Assembly (NCBI GenBank): GCA_903859225.1
Contig: CAIOLV010000001.1
Span: 1-31,568, forward strand
Reading direction: 5' to 3'
Origin: an uncultured bacterium
Lineage (GTDB): Bacteria > Bipolaricaulota > Bipolaricaulia > UBA7950 > UBA9294
DNA length: 31,568 bases
Position numbers and translations under genes: made by a program. Shown piece after piece: positions 15,967 through 24,827 of this stretch (position 1 is the stretch's first letter; each line of letters opens with the position of its first letter). The notes beneath the pieces were generated by a model, which saw only the letters and a program-made list of their open reading frames with translations, ran no database searches and was not told the origin of the DNA.

Positions 15967-17815
15967 GATCATCCCGCACAGGATCATCACCGTGGACCTT
16001 GCCAGCGGGTCGACGCGCGAGGAGACCTGTGGTACGAGCGACCTCCAGGCCTTCCTCTGCGGGCGCGGAGCCGCGGCGCACCTCCTGGCGCAGCGCTCGT
16101 TCTGGCGCCACGATCCGCTCGATCCGGCGTCGCCGTTCGTGATGGCGAGCGGCCTGCTCAACGGAACCCCGTGGCCGGCGTCGACGCGCGTCCATATGGC
16201 CTTTCGGTCTCCGCTGACCGGGATCTACGGCTATGCGAACTCCGGCGGATCGCTCGGGCCGCACCTCGCCGCGCACGGGATCCTCGCTCTCGAGTTGGTC
16301 GGACGCGCGGATCGCCCCACGACCGTCGAGGTGAGCGATGCCGGCATCCGACTCTGCGACGCCGAGGACCTCTGGGGAAGAGGCGTGTCTGAGACCACGT
16401 CCTCGCTCCGCGCGGGAAGGCCGTTGGCGGCCGTGGCGTGCATCGGCGTGGCCGGCGAGCGTCGCGTCCCGCTCTCCGCTGTGATGGTGGACGGCGAACG
16501 CGCCGCTGCGCGCTGCGGGGGAGGCGCGGCCCTCGGTGCGAAGAATGTGAAGGCCGTCGTGGTTCACGGAGGAGCCAGGGCGCGGTTTCCGGAGGCGTTC
16601 CTTGCGAGCTGCCGCGCGGCGACGGCGCGGATTCTGGCGACACCCGGCATCGCCGACCTGTCCCGCTGGGGCACTCCGCTCCTCGTCGCGATCAAGAATG
16701 AGCACGGCGACCTCCCCGCGATGAATCACCGCCGGGGCCAAGTCCCGTTCGCCGACCGAATCGACGCCGATGCCCTCGAGGCCTACCGCGTCGAGACGAA
16801 GGGCTGCCCCGGCTGCCCGATCCGCTGCGGTCGCGTCTCGGAGGTCCGATCGGGCGCCCATCGCTCTCGCAGTGCGGGGCCCGAGTACGAGACCGTGGAC
16901 GCCCTCGGTCCGGACTGCCTGTGCGGAGACGTCGAGGCGCTGCTTCATGCCAACGCCCTGTGCAACGAGCTCGGTCTCGACACCATCTCGGTCGGCGCGA
17001 CGATCGCGTTCGCCATGGAGTGCCACGAGAACGGCCTGCTGGACGACGGGGAGTTGGACCTTTCGTGGGGAAACGGAGACACGGTCGTCGCGCTCGTCGA
17101 GCGGATGGCCCGTCGAGAGGGTATCGGCGAATTGCTCTGCGGCGGGGTCCGAGCCGCGGCCCTCGAACTCGGACCGGCCGCCGCGCCCTACGCGCTCCAC
17201 GTGAAGGGGCTCGAGATCCCAGGACAGGAGCCGCGGGTGGCGAAGAGCTTCGGGTTGGGGCACGCCACGTCGAATCGGGGCGCCGATCATCTCTACGCGC
17301 TCCCGACCGTCGATGTCGCCGGACTGGACGGCGCGGCTCGGCGGCTGCTTCCCGACGTCTATCCGCGCGTGCTCGATCCGGACGACGAGACGTCGAAGGC
17401 GGCGCTCGTGCGGTTCGGGGAGGACTACTGCGCCGTCTCCGATGCCCTCGGCGTATGCAAATTCACGACGACGGAGATGTACGCGCTCGATCCGGAGCAT
17501 CTGGCCGACGCGCTCGGAGTGCTCGGGATGTCCTTCGACGCGGCGCACCTCCTCGAGGCGGGAGAGCGCATCGTCAACCTCGAGCGGCTCCTGAACGCGC
17601 ACCTCGGCGTCGAAGCGCACGACGACACGCTGCCGGCGCGGTTCACCGACGAGGCGCTGTGCGTCGAGCGCCAGGGTGGGGTGGACGCCCACCGGATTCA
17701 TTCACTCTCGTCAATGATCGAGGAGTACTACCGCCTGCGCGGCTGGGCGGCGGACGGGCTTCCGACAGCGCTGACACTGGAGCGGCTCCGCCTCGCCGAG
17801 TGGAGGCCATCGTGA
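15953..17815 (+). CDS. aor: Tungsten aldehyde:ferredoxin oxidoreductase family protein, copy 1
   Basis: RSPLTG, NSGG, CPGCPIRC, GPEYET, NELGLDTIS, RGADH, LGVCKF, YYRLRGW; 620 aa. Confidence 0.92.
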   Translation: MNSREIIPHRIITVDLASGSTREETCGTSDLQAFLCGRGAAAHLLAQRSFWRHDPLDPASPFVMASGLLNGTPWPASTRVHMAFRSPLTGIYGYANSGGSLGPHLAAHGILALELVGRADRPTTVEVSDAGIRLCDAEDLWGRGVSETTSSLRAGRPLAAVACIGVAGERRVPLSAVMVDGERAAARCGGGAALGAKNVKAVVVHGGARARFPEAFLASCRAATARILATPGIADLSRWGTPLLVAIKNEHGDLPAMNHRRGQVPFADRIDADALEAYRVETKGCPGCPIRCGRVSEVRSGAHRSRSAGPEYETVDALGPDCLCGDVEALLHANALCNELGLDTISVGATIAFAMECHENGLLDDGELDLSWGNGDTVVALVERMARREGIGELLCGGVRAAALELGPAAAPYALHVKGLEIPGQEPRVAKSFGLGHATSNRGADHLYALPTVDVAGLDGAARRLLPDVYPRVLDPDDETSKAALVRFGEDYCAVSDALGVCKFTTTEMYALDPEHLADALGVLGMSFDAAHLLEAGERIVNLERLLNAHLGVEAHDDTLPARFTDEALCVERQGGVDAHRIHSLSSMIEEYYRLRGWAADGLPTALTLERLRLAEWRPS

Positions 17816-19725
17816 CGGCATTCCACGGCGGCTACGTCGGTGTCGTGTTGGACGTCGACCTCACAAAGCGACGCGTCGCATCGCGGCCCCTCGATCCCGC
17901 TCTCGCGCGCCGCGTCCTCGGGGGAAGCGGGCTGGGAGCAGAGGTTCTCTGGGACGAGGTCGGGCCCGACGTGGATCCTCTGTCGCCGGAGGCCGTCCTC
18001 ATCGTGGCGACCGGACCGCTCACGGGCACGCCGTGGCCGTGCTCCGGCCGAACGGAGGCCGTCGCCCGTTCGCCGCTGACCGGCATCTACGGCGACTCGA
18101 ATGCAGGGGGAACGTTCGGTCCTGGGCTCAAGTCTGCGGGATTCGATGCGATCGTCGTCCGCGGCGGCTCGACGGACCCGGTGGTTCTGCGCATCGCCGA
18201 CGGGCGCGCGACGATCGACGACGCGGGCAGCGTCTGGGGTCTCGACACGGTCGAGACGGAGGCGGCATTGCGTGCTCGGTACGCTGCGCCTGCGCTGCAG
18301 GTGGCGTCGATCGGACCGGCCGGCGAGCGCGGCGTTCGCTTCGCGTCGATTCAGGCGACGCCCAATCGAAGCTTCGGCCGATGCGGACTCGGCGCGGTGA
18401 TGGGTGCGAAAGGTCTGAAGGCGATCGCGGTGTCCGGCTCGAGGCGCGTGCCGATCGCCGAGCCGGCGGCGTTCGCAGAGCTGGCGAAGACGATGCACGC
18501 CCGCATCCGAGCTAACGCGATGTTCCCGGCGTGCTCGCGTTACGGCACTCCCGGTCTCGTGCGGGTCGTGAACGAGATCGGTCGCTTCCCGACGCGCAAC
18601 TTCCAGGACGGCGAGTTTGCCGGAGCCGAGGCGATCAGCGGAGAAGCGCTGCGAGAACGGTTCTTCGTCGCGGACGCGGGATGCTTCGCCTGTCCGGTGC
18701 GTTGCGACAAGGTGTACCGCATCTCGAGCGGACGGTTTGCCGGCGTCGAGACGTCGAGCGTCGAGTACGAGACGCTCAATGCCTTCGGGGCGGGGCTCGG
18801 GAACGCGGATCTCGAACTCATCCTCTACGCGAACGAGCGCTGCGACCGCCTGGGGCTCGACACGATCTCTGCCGGCCGGGCGATCGGCTTCGCGATGGAA
18901 CTGGTCGAGCGCGGCGTCGTGTCGCGCGAGGATCTCGGAGGACTCAGCGGGATGTGGGGAGACGAAGCGACGATCGTCGGGCTCCTAGACTGCATCGCCG
19001 CTCGCGACGGGATCGGCGACGTGCTGGCCGACGGGGTCCGCCGAGCCGCCGTAGCTTTCGGTGCCGCGGCGGCGCCGTACGCGATGGAGGTCAAAGGGAT
19101 GGAGATCCCTGCGCAGGACGGACGCGCGCAGCAGTCGATGGGACTGGCGCACATCACCTCGAACCGCGGCGCGGATCACCTGAAGGCGTTTCCGACGATC
19201 GACGAGACCGGGAACCCTGATGAAGTCGCGCGGCGGTACGGGTCGCAGTACCTGCCGGAGATGGCCGATCCCCACGCGACGCGGCACAAGGCGCTGCTCG
19301 TGAAGGACGGCGAGGACTTTGGTGCGGTCGTCGACTCTGTTGGGGTCTGCAAATCCGGCGGGACGTTCGTCATGGCTGAGATCTACTGGACCGACATCGC
19401 GGCTGGCGTTTCCGCCGCCACCGGGTGGCGGCTCGAAGAGTCGGAGCTGCGGGTGATTGGAGAACGGATCGTCAACCTGACCCGTGCCTACAACGGCCGC
19501 CTCGGGGTGACGCGGGCCGACGATCGTCTTCCGGACCGTCTGACTCACGAGCCATCCCCGGCCCGCGGAGCGCGCGGCCACGTGGCGCACGCTGAGGAGC
19601 TGCTCGACGAGTACTACGGCCTGCGCGGCTGGGATGCTGCACGGGGATGGCCGACAGAAGAGACGCTCGACCGCCTCGGGCTCGGCGATGCGCGGCTCGC
19701 TCTCTGGGGGCAAGGCGATGGATAG
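17812..19725 (+). CDS. aor: Tungsten aldehyde:ferredoxin oxidoreductase family protein, copy 2
   Basis: LGGSGLG, RSPLTG, SNAGG, GRCGLGAVMGAKGLKAI, CFACPVRC, EYET, DRLGLDTIS, RGADH, VGVCK, YYGLRGWD; GTGA overlap; 637 aa. Confidence 0.93.
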   Translation: MTAFHGGYVGVVLDVDLTKRRVASRPLDPALARRVLGGSGLGAEVLWDEVGPDVDPLSPEAVLIVATGPLTGTPWPCSGRTEAVARSPLTGIYGDSNAGGTFGPGLKSAGFDAIVVRGGSTDPVVLRIADGRATIDDAGSVWGLDTVETEAALRARYAAPALQVASIGPAGERGVRFASIQATPNRSFGRCGLGAVMGAKGLKAIAVSGSRRVPIAEPAAFAELAKTMHARIRANAMFPACSRYGTPGLVRVVNEIGRFPTRNFQDGEFAGAEAISGEALRERFFVADAGCFACPVRCDKVYRISSGRFAGVETSSVEYETLNAFGAGLGNADLELILYANERCDRLGLDTISAGRAIGFAMELVERGVVSREDLGGLSGMWGDEATIVGLLDCIAARDGIGDVLADGVRRAAVAFGAAAAPYAMEVKGMEIPAQDGRAQQSMGLAHITSNRGADHLKAFPTIDETGNPDEVARRYGSQYLPEMADPHATRHKALLVKDGEDFGAVVDSVGVCKSGGTFVMAEIYWTDIAAGVSAATGWRLEESELRVIGERIVNLTRAYNGRLGVTRADDRLPDRLTHEPSPARGARGHVAHAEELLDEYYGLRGWDAARGWPTEETLDRLGLGDARLALWGQGDG

Positions 19726-21052
19726 GCGGATCGTGCTCGGGGCAGCGGTTCTCGCGGGCGCGGACGCGTCCCTGCGACTGGATTGCGGCGTGCTGATCGA
19801 AGGCGCGCGGATCGTCGCCGTGGGCCCGAACGCCCAGTTGACCGCTCACGCGGGCGATGCCGAGATCCTCGACGCGCGCGACCTCATTCTCTGCCCCGGA
19901 TGGGTGAACGCCCATCATCACGCTTACGGCCTTCTCGCCCACGGAATCCCGATCGCGGGCGACGCGCCTCGCGGGTTCGACCGCTTCCTTTCCGACCTCT
20001 GGTGGCCGCGCGTCGAGGATCGGCTTGACGGGAGCATGATCGAGGCGGCGATGGCGGTCTCGTGCGCCGACATGATTCGCTCGGGGTTCACGGCGTTTTG
20101 TGACGTCCTGGAGGCGCCGCTGGCCGGGACGGGCGTTCTCGACCTCGAAGCGCGCGCCGTCGAACGCGCCGGGTTGCGGGCCGCCCTCTGCCTTGAGGCA
20201 TCGGAGCGACATGGCGCCGAAGTTGGCCGGCAGGCGCTGTGGGAGAACGAGCGGTTCGCCCGGGAGCGTGGGCGCGACGGACTCGTTCGCGGGATGCAGT
20301 GCCTTCACACGAGCTTCACCTGCTCGGAGGGGTTTGTGCGCGCGGCGAAGGAGAGCGCGGCCCGCGCCGGCTGCGATCTGCATCTTCACCTCTCGGAAAG
20401 CGCCTACGAGCCAAAGGAGTGCCTGCGGCGTCACGGCGTGCGCCCGGTTCACTGGTACGACCAACTGGGGTTCTGGGACGAGACGGTGCTGGCTTCGCAG
20501 GTCGTGGCGGTGACCGACGACGAGATCGCGCGGCTCGCCGAGCGTCGCGTCCGCATCGCCCACATGCCGCTCTCGAACTGCGAAGTAGGAGGAGGCATCG
20601 CGCCCATCCCGCAGATGATCGAGCGCGGCCTCGAACCAGGACTCGGAACCGACGGGTACATCAACGATCCGTTCGAAGTGATGCGCGGCGCGTTCCTCCT
20701 CCACAAAGGGGCGGCGCGAGATGCGTCGGTGATGCCGGCGCGGACGGTGCTGGGCATGGCGACGGCGTGGGGCGCCCGGGCGATCGGGTTTCCCGAGGCG
20801 GGAGCCCTCGCGCCGGGGCACCCGGCCGACCTCATCGGAATCGACGACGCTCCGGGCACGCCGCTCACAGCAGACAACGTCGCGGACCAGCTCGTTCTCT
20901 TCCGCGGGCGCGGCGACGTCAAGCTGACGATCGTGGCCGGTCGAGTGCTCTTCCGTAACGGAGTGGTCGAGACGATGGACGAAGGAGCCGTCCGAGCGGC
21001 CGCGCGCCTCGAAGTGGCGCGACTCTGGGCGGGAAGGGGGCGCGGTGGTTGA
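19718..21052 (+). CDS. Amidohydrolase (SsnA / guanine-, MTA- or pterin-deaminase-like)
   Basis: PGWVNAHHH, HLHLSE, GLGTDG, G.L.PG.PADL; 444 aa. Confidence 0.88.
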   Translation: MDRRIVLGAAVLAGADASLRLDCGVLIEGARIVAVGPNAQLTAHAGDAEILDARDLILCPGWVNAHHHAYGLLAHGIPIAGDAPRGFDRFLSDLWWPRVEDRLDGSMIEAAMAVSCADMIRSGFTAFCDVLEAPLAGTGVLDLEARAVERAGLRAALCLEASERHGAEVGRQALWENERFARERGRDGLVRGMQCLHTSFTCSEGFVRAAKESAARAGCDLHLHLSESAYEPKECLRRHGVRPVHWYDQLGFWDETVLASQVVAVTDDEIARLAERRVRIAHMPLSNCEVGGGIAPIPQMIERGLEPGLGTDGYINDPFEVMRGAFLLHKGAARDASVMPARTVLGMATAWGARAIGFPEAGALAPGHPADLIGIDDAPGTPLTADNVADQLVLFRGRGDVKLTIVAGRVLFRNGVVETMDEGAVRAAARLEVARLWAGRGRGG

Positions 21053-22100
21053 TCTGCGAGTCGACCTTGCCGGCCTCACGCTCGTGAATCCGCTTGTGCT
21101 GGCGTCGGGCCCTCTGTCGTGGAACGGTGACGCGATCGTCCGCGCGCACTGCGCCGGAGCGGCGGCGATCGTGACGAAAACGATCCGCCGCGCTGCGGCG
21201 CGTTCGCCGCGGCCGCACATCGCCGCAACTCCTCACGGGGTTCTGAACACGGAGCGTTGGTCGGACCTCGAAGCGAGGCAGTGGATCGACCACGAGATCC
21301 CGCGAGCGAAGGACGGGGGCGCAACGGTGATCGCGAGCCTGGGACTCGCCGTGGACGACGTCGTGGCGCTGGCCGAAGAACTCGAGCGGGCAGGAGCCGA
21401 TGCCCTCGAGGTCGTGTCGTACGACGAGGCCGTCCTCCCGAGCATGGTGAGCGCAGCGGTCGAGCGAGTGCGGATCCCCGTGCTTGCGAAGCTTGGCGTC
21501 AACGGGTGCGATCTCGCAGGCACCGCGCGACGGTGCGCCGAATCCGGCGCGAGCGGCATCACGGCGATCGACTCCGTCGGCCCGACGTTGCGCGTCGACC
21601 TCGCGCGTCGCCGCCCCGTTCTCGGAGCAGATTCCGCATGGTGGTCCGGTCCGGCGATCCTGCCGATCGCGCTGCACGCCGTGCACGTCCTCCGCGGCGC
21701 CGTCGCCGTGCCCATCGTGGGGACGGGGGGCGTGGCGGATGCAGACGCGGCGATCGAGATGCTGTTCGCCGGGGCCAGCGCCGTCGGGCTGTGCAGCGCT
21801 CCTCTCGTTGAGGGCCTCGGCGTCTTTTCGCGGATGCGCGAGCGGATGGCACAGCGTTTGGACGAGCTCGGCATCGCGTCCGCCCATGATGCGATCGGCG
21901 CGATGGAACGAGAGACTGCCGCGGGGTTCGCAATGGCGTTGGACGATGCGGCGTGCACGCACTGTGGCGCCTGCGTTCGGGTCTGTCCATACGCTGCGCG
22001 GCGAGGTCCTGGCGTCGTCGAAGCCGCGTGCCGCGGCTGCGGGTTGTGCGTCTCCATCTGCCCGGCAGGCGCGCTGGCGTGGGAAAGGGGTGAACGATGA
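21045..22100 (+). CDS. Dihydroorotate/dihydropyrimidine dehydrogenase (PreA)-like FMN barrel with C-terminal 2x[4Fe-4S]
   Basis: NPLVLASGP, VTKT, SGPAILP, IVGTGGV, AGASAVG; CTHCGACVRVCP and CRGCGLCVSICP; 351 aa. Confidence 0.85.
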   Translation: MVDLRVDLAGLTLVNPLVLASGPLSWNGDAIVRAHCAGAAAIVTKTIRRAAARSPRPHIAATPHGVLNTERWSDLEARQWIDHEIPRAKDGGATVIASLGLAVDDVVALAEELERAGADALEVVSYDEAVLPSMVSAAVERVRIPVLAKLGVNGCDLAGTARRCAESGASGITAIDSVGPTLRVDLARRRPVLGADSAWWSGPAILPIALHAVHVLRGAVAVPIVGTGGVADADAAIEMLFAGASAVGLCSAPLVEGLGVFSRMRERMAQRLDELGIASAHDAIGAMERETAAGFAMALDDAACTHCGACVRVCPYAARRGPGVVEAACRGCGLCVSICPAGALAWERGER

Positions 22101-23425
22101 TCCTTGTGCGGGGAGCCTCGTACGTCGTGCGCGATGCCGATCGCGTCGAGCGGGATGTGGACGTTCTCATCGACGGAGATCGCATAGTCAAGGTGGGCCA
22201 CGTCGACATCCGCCGCCTCGCGCCGGACACGGAGATCCTCGAAGGCCGCGGCCGCGCGCTGGTACCGGGGTTCGTCAATGCGCATACCCACCTGTATCAG
22301 TCCATGCTCAAGGGGCGGCGCGACGATCTCTCGCTCGTCGACTGGTGCGAGCAGGTCACGTTCCCGTTCGTTCGCCGTGTGCTCGACGATGCGTGGCACC
22401 ATGGGCGCGTCGAGGTCGGACGCCTTTGGTCGTCCCTAGCGGCCATCGAGATGATCCGCAGCGGGATCACGACGTTCGTCGACATGGACATGGACCTCGA
22501 CGGCGTGATCTCGGCGTGGGTCGAGATCGGCATCCGCGGTGTCGCGGCGATGGAACTCGTCGATCGTTGGGTGCCGCAGGACCTGATGCTGTCGCTCGAG
22601 AGGACCAAGGACGACGCACGGCGTCTGATCGAGACGTGGCACCGGGTTCCGAGAGAGAGCCCGCTCGTGACCGTGTTCCTCGGCCCGTCGGCGCCGTTCA
22701 CGTCGAGCGACGACCTCTTGCGGTTCATCCGTGACGAGGCCGATGCGCACGATCTCGGGATCCAGACGCACGTGTCGGAGACGGCGTGGGAGGTCGACGA
22801 GTCGGTGCGGCGGACCGGCAAGACGCCGCTCGCTTACCTCGAGTCGATCGGCTTCCTCACGAGTCCGATCACGGCCGCGCACTGCGTCCACCTGACCGAG
22901 GGTGAGATCGAGCTTGCGGCGCGGCGCGACGTCGCCGTGATCTACAACCCGAAGAGCAACATGAAGCTTGGGAGCGGCATCGCGCCGATCGTCGCCCTGC
23001 AACGAGCCGGAGCGACGATCGCGCTCGGCACGGACGGCGCGGCGTCGAACGACCTCCTCGACCCGTTCGAGGAAATGCGCGCTGCGGTGCTCTTGCAGAA
23101 GGTGGCGGCGGGCGATCCGACGGCGCTTGGGGCGCGGGACGCCTTCCGCTTCGCCACCGAAGGCGGGGCGCGCGCGTGCCGGATCGACGCAGGCACGATC
23201 GATGAGGGGCGGCTCGCCGACCTTGTCCTCATCGACCTCGGCGAAGCACACCTCTTCCGCCTGACGGACGAGATCGTGCCGGCGCTCGTGTACTGCGCGC
23301 GGGCGGACGACGTCGAATCCGTCGTCGTCAACGGGCGGCTGGTGATGAAGGAGAGACGGATGTTGACGGTGGACGAGCGGGCTGTGTTGGCCGAAGCGAA
23401 GAGAGTGGGTGAACGATATGCGTGA
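22097..23425 (+). CDS. Amidohydrolase (MtaD/TrzA-type nucleoside or base deaminase)
   Basis: PGFVNAHTH, PSAPFT, HVSET, AHCVH, NPKSNMKLGSG, LGTDGAASND, G..ADL; ATGA overlap; 442 aa. Confidence 0.9.
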   Translation: MILVRGASYVVRDADRVERDVDVLIDGDRIVKVGHVDIRRLAPDTEILEGRGRALVPGFVNAHTHLYQSMLKGRRDDLSLVDWCEQVTFPFVRRVLDDAWHHGRVEVGRLWSSLAAIEMIRSGITTFVDMDMDLDGVISAWVEIGIRGVAAMELVDRWVPQDLMLSLERTKDDARRLIETWHRVPRESPLVTVFLGPSAPFTSSDDLLRFIRDEADAHDLGIQTHVSETAWEVDESVRRTGKTPLAYLESIGFLTSPITAAHCVHLTEGEIELAARRDVAVIYNPKSNMKLGSGIAPIVALQRAGATIALGTDGAASNDLLDPFEEMRAAVLLQKVAAGDPTALGARDAFRFATEGGARACRIDAGTIDEGRLADLVLIDLGEAHLFRLTDEIVPALVYCARADDVESVVVNGRLVMKERRMLTVDERAVLAEAKRVGERYA

Positions 23426-24827
23426 AGACCTGACCGGGGCGATGGCGCGGATCGTCGGAGAGGCGAACGTCTCCGACCGGCTCGTCGATCGGATCTGCTA
23501 CTCGCGGGACTGCGGGCCGGACCCGGCGGGCATTCCCGCCGTCGTGGCGCGACCGTCGACGACCGAGGAAGTGGCCGCCGTGCTCCGCTGGGCGGACGAG
23601 CACCGCCACGCGCTGTACACGCGCGGCCGGGCCACGACGTTTCTCGGCAGCGGTGTGAAGGAAGGCGTGATCTTGCTCGATACGACGCGGATGAATCGGA
23701 TCGAGCGGATCGATACGGCGGCCGGCTATGTCGACGTCCAGGCGGGTGCCATCTGGCATGGGATCGACGCCGACCTTCGTCGTGTCGGGTGGGAACTCGG
23801 CGTTCCCGGAGGCGGCGGGCTGTTCTCGTGCACCATCGGCGGCACGGTAGCCGTGAACGCGATCCCGCACGGCGCGACCGAGTACGGGATGACGGGCGAC
23901 CATGTCCTCGCGCTGGAGGTCGTCCTCGCGAACGGCACCGTCATTCGCACGGGTTCCTGGGCCAATCCTGCGTCGGAGCCGATTGAGCGCAACGCCAACG
24001 GCCCTGACTTCGCCGGCCTCTTCATCGGCTCGTACGGGATCCTCGGCGTGATCACGCGGGTCGTCTACCGGATTCGCCGCGCGCCCGAGTCCGAACTCTT
24101 CCGGTTCTACGCGTTTGACGACTACCGCGACCTCGTGGCCGCGGCGGGCGGGATCCAGGGACGCGGCGCGGCGACGTTCCTCGTCGGTCTGTTCGGCGGG
24201 CCGAAGCCCGCGGGAGAAGAGGGAGATGCATTCTTTCACGTGATCGTTCGCGATCGCTCCGCGGTGGCTGAGGGTCGCATGCATGAAGCGGAGGCGATCG
24301 CCGAGTCCCACGGCGGACGTCCGCGTCCGGCCGAAGGGACGCGCCACTACTGGCAGGAGCACATGTACTCGTGGCTCCGTAATACGGGACCGAGCGCGTA
24401 CTACAGCGATCGACCGTTCTTCTGCCCCGAGGTAGCGGGGTTCGTCTCGACGCCCGGACTGGCGGACGCCGTCGCCCTCTTCCGGACGATGAGAGCCGAG
24501 CGAGAGGCCGAGTTCGAGCAATACGGGATCCGCGTCAAGGGAGTTGACGCCTACTTCGCGCGCAACGGCGCGTACCTGTGGATCGACACGCTCTACGACG
24601 AGCGGCGATAGGACGCCTGGGAGTACGGAATGCGGCTGCGGGGCGAGATCGCGGAACGGATGTTCACGGAAGGCAGGATGAGCCCCGGAGGTCTCGGCGC
24701 CGGGATCTCTCCGCACATCATGCCGAAGCTCGGAACGGCCTACGACCTACTGCGCTCGACGAAGCGCATGCTCGATCCGAACGGAATTCTGAATCCCGGA
24801 CTGCTGGTCGAGGAGGGTGCGCAATGA
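23418..24827 (+). pseudogene. GlcD-like FAD-binding oxidoreductase interrupted by one in-frame TAG (24609-24611)
   Basis: YSRD, AVVARP.T.EEV, CTIGGTVAVNA, LEVVLANG, LFIGSYGILGVIT; after the TAG the same frame continues 71 codons to the family C-terminus KRMLDPNGILNPG and an ATGA overlap with the next gene. Confidence 0.7.

Noticed and set aside
15953-23425. Selenocysteine (in-frame TGA) in the AORs, SsnA-like or DPD-like genes, as in selenium-dependent purine catabolism
   Set aside because: All these frames are open and full length, with no internal TGA.
24609-24611. Genome-wide TAG recoding
   Set aside because: About a dozen genes in the window end at TAG exactly at their family C-terminus, often right before the next start.
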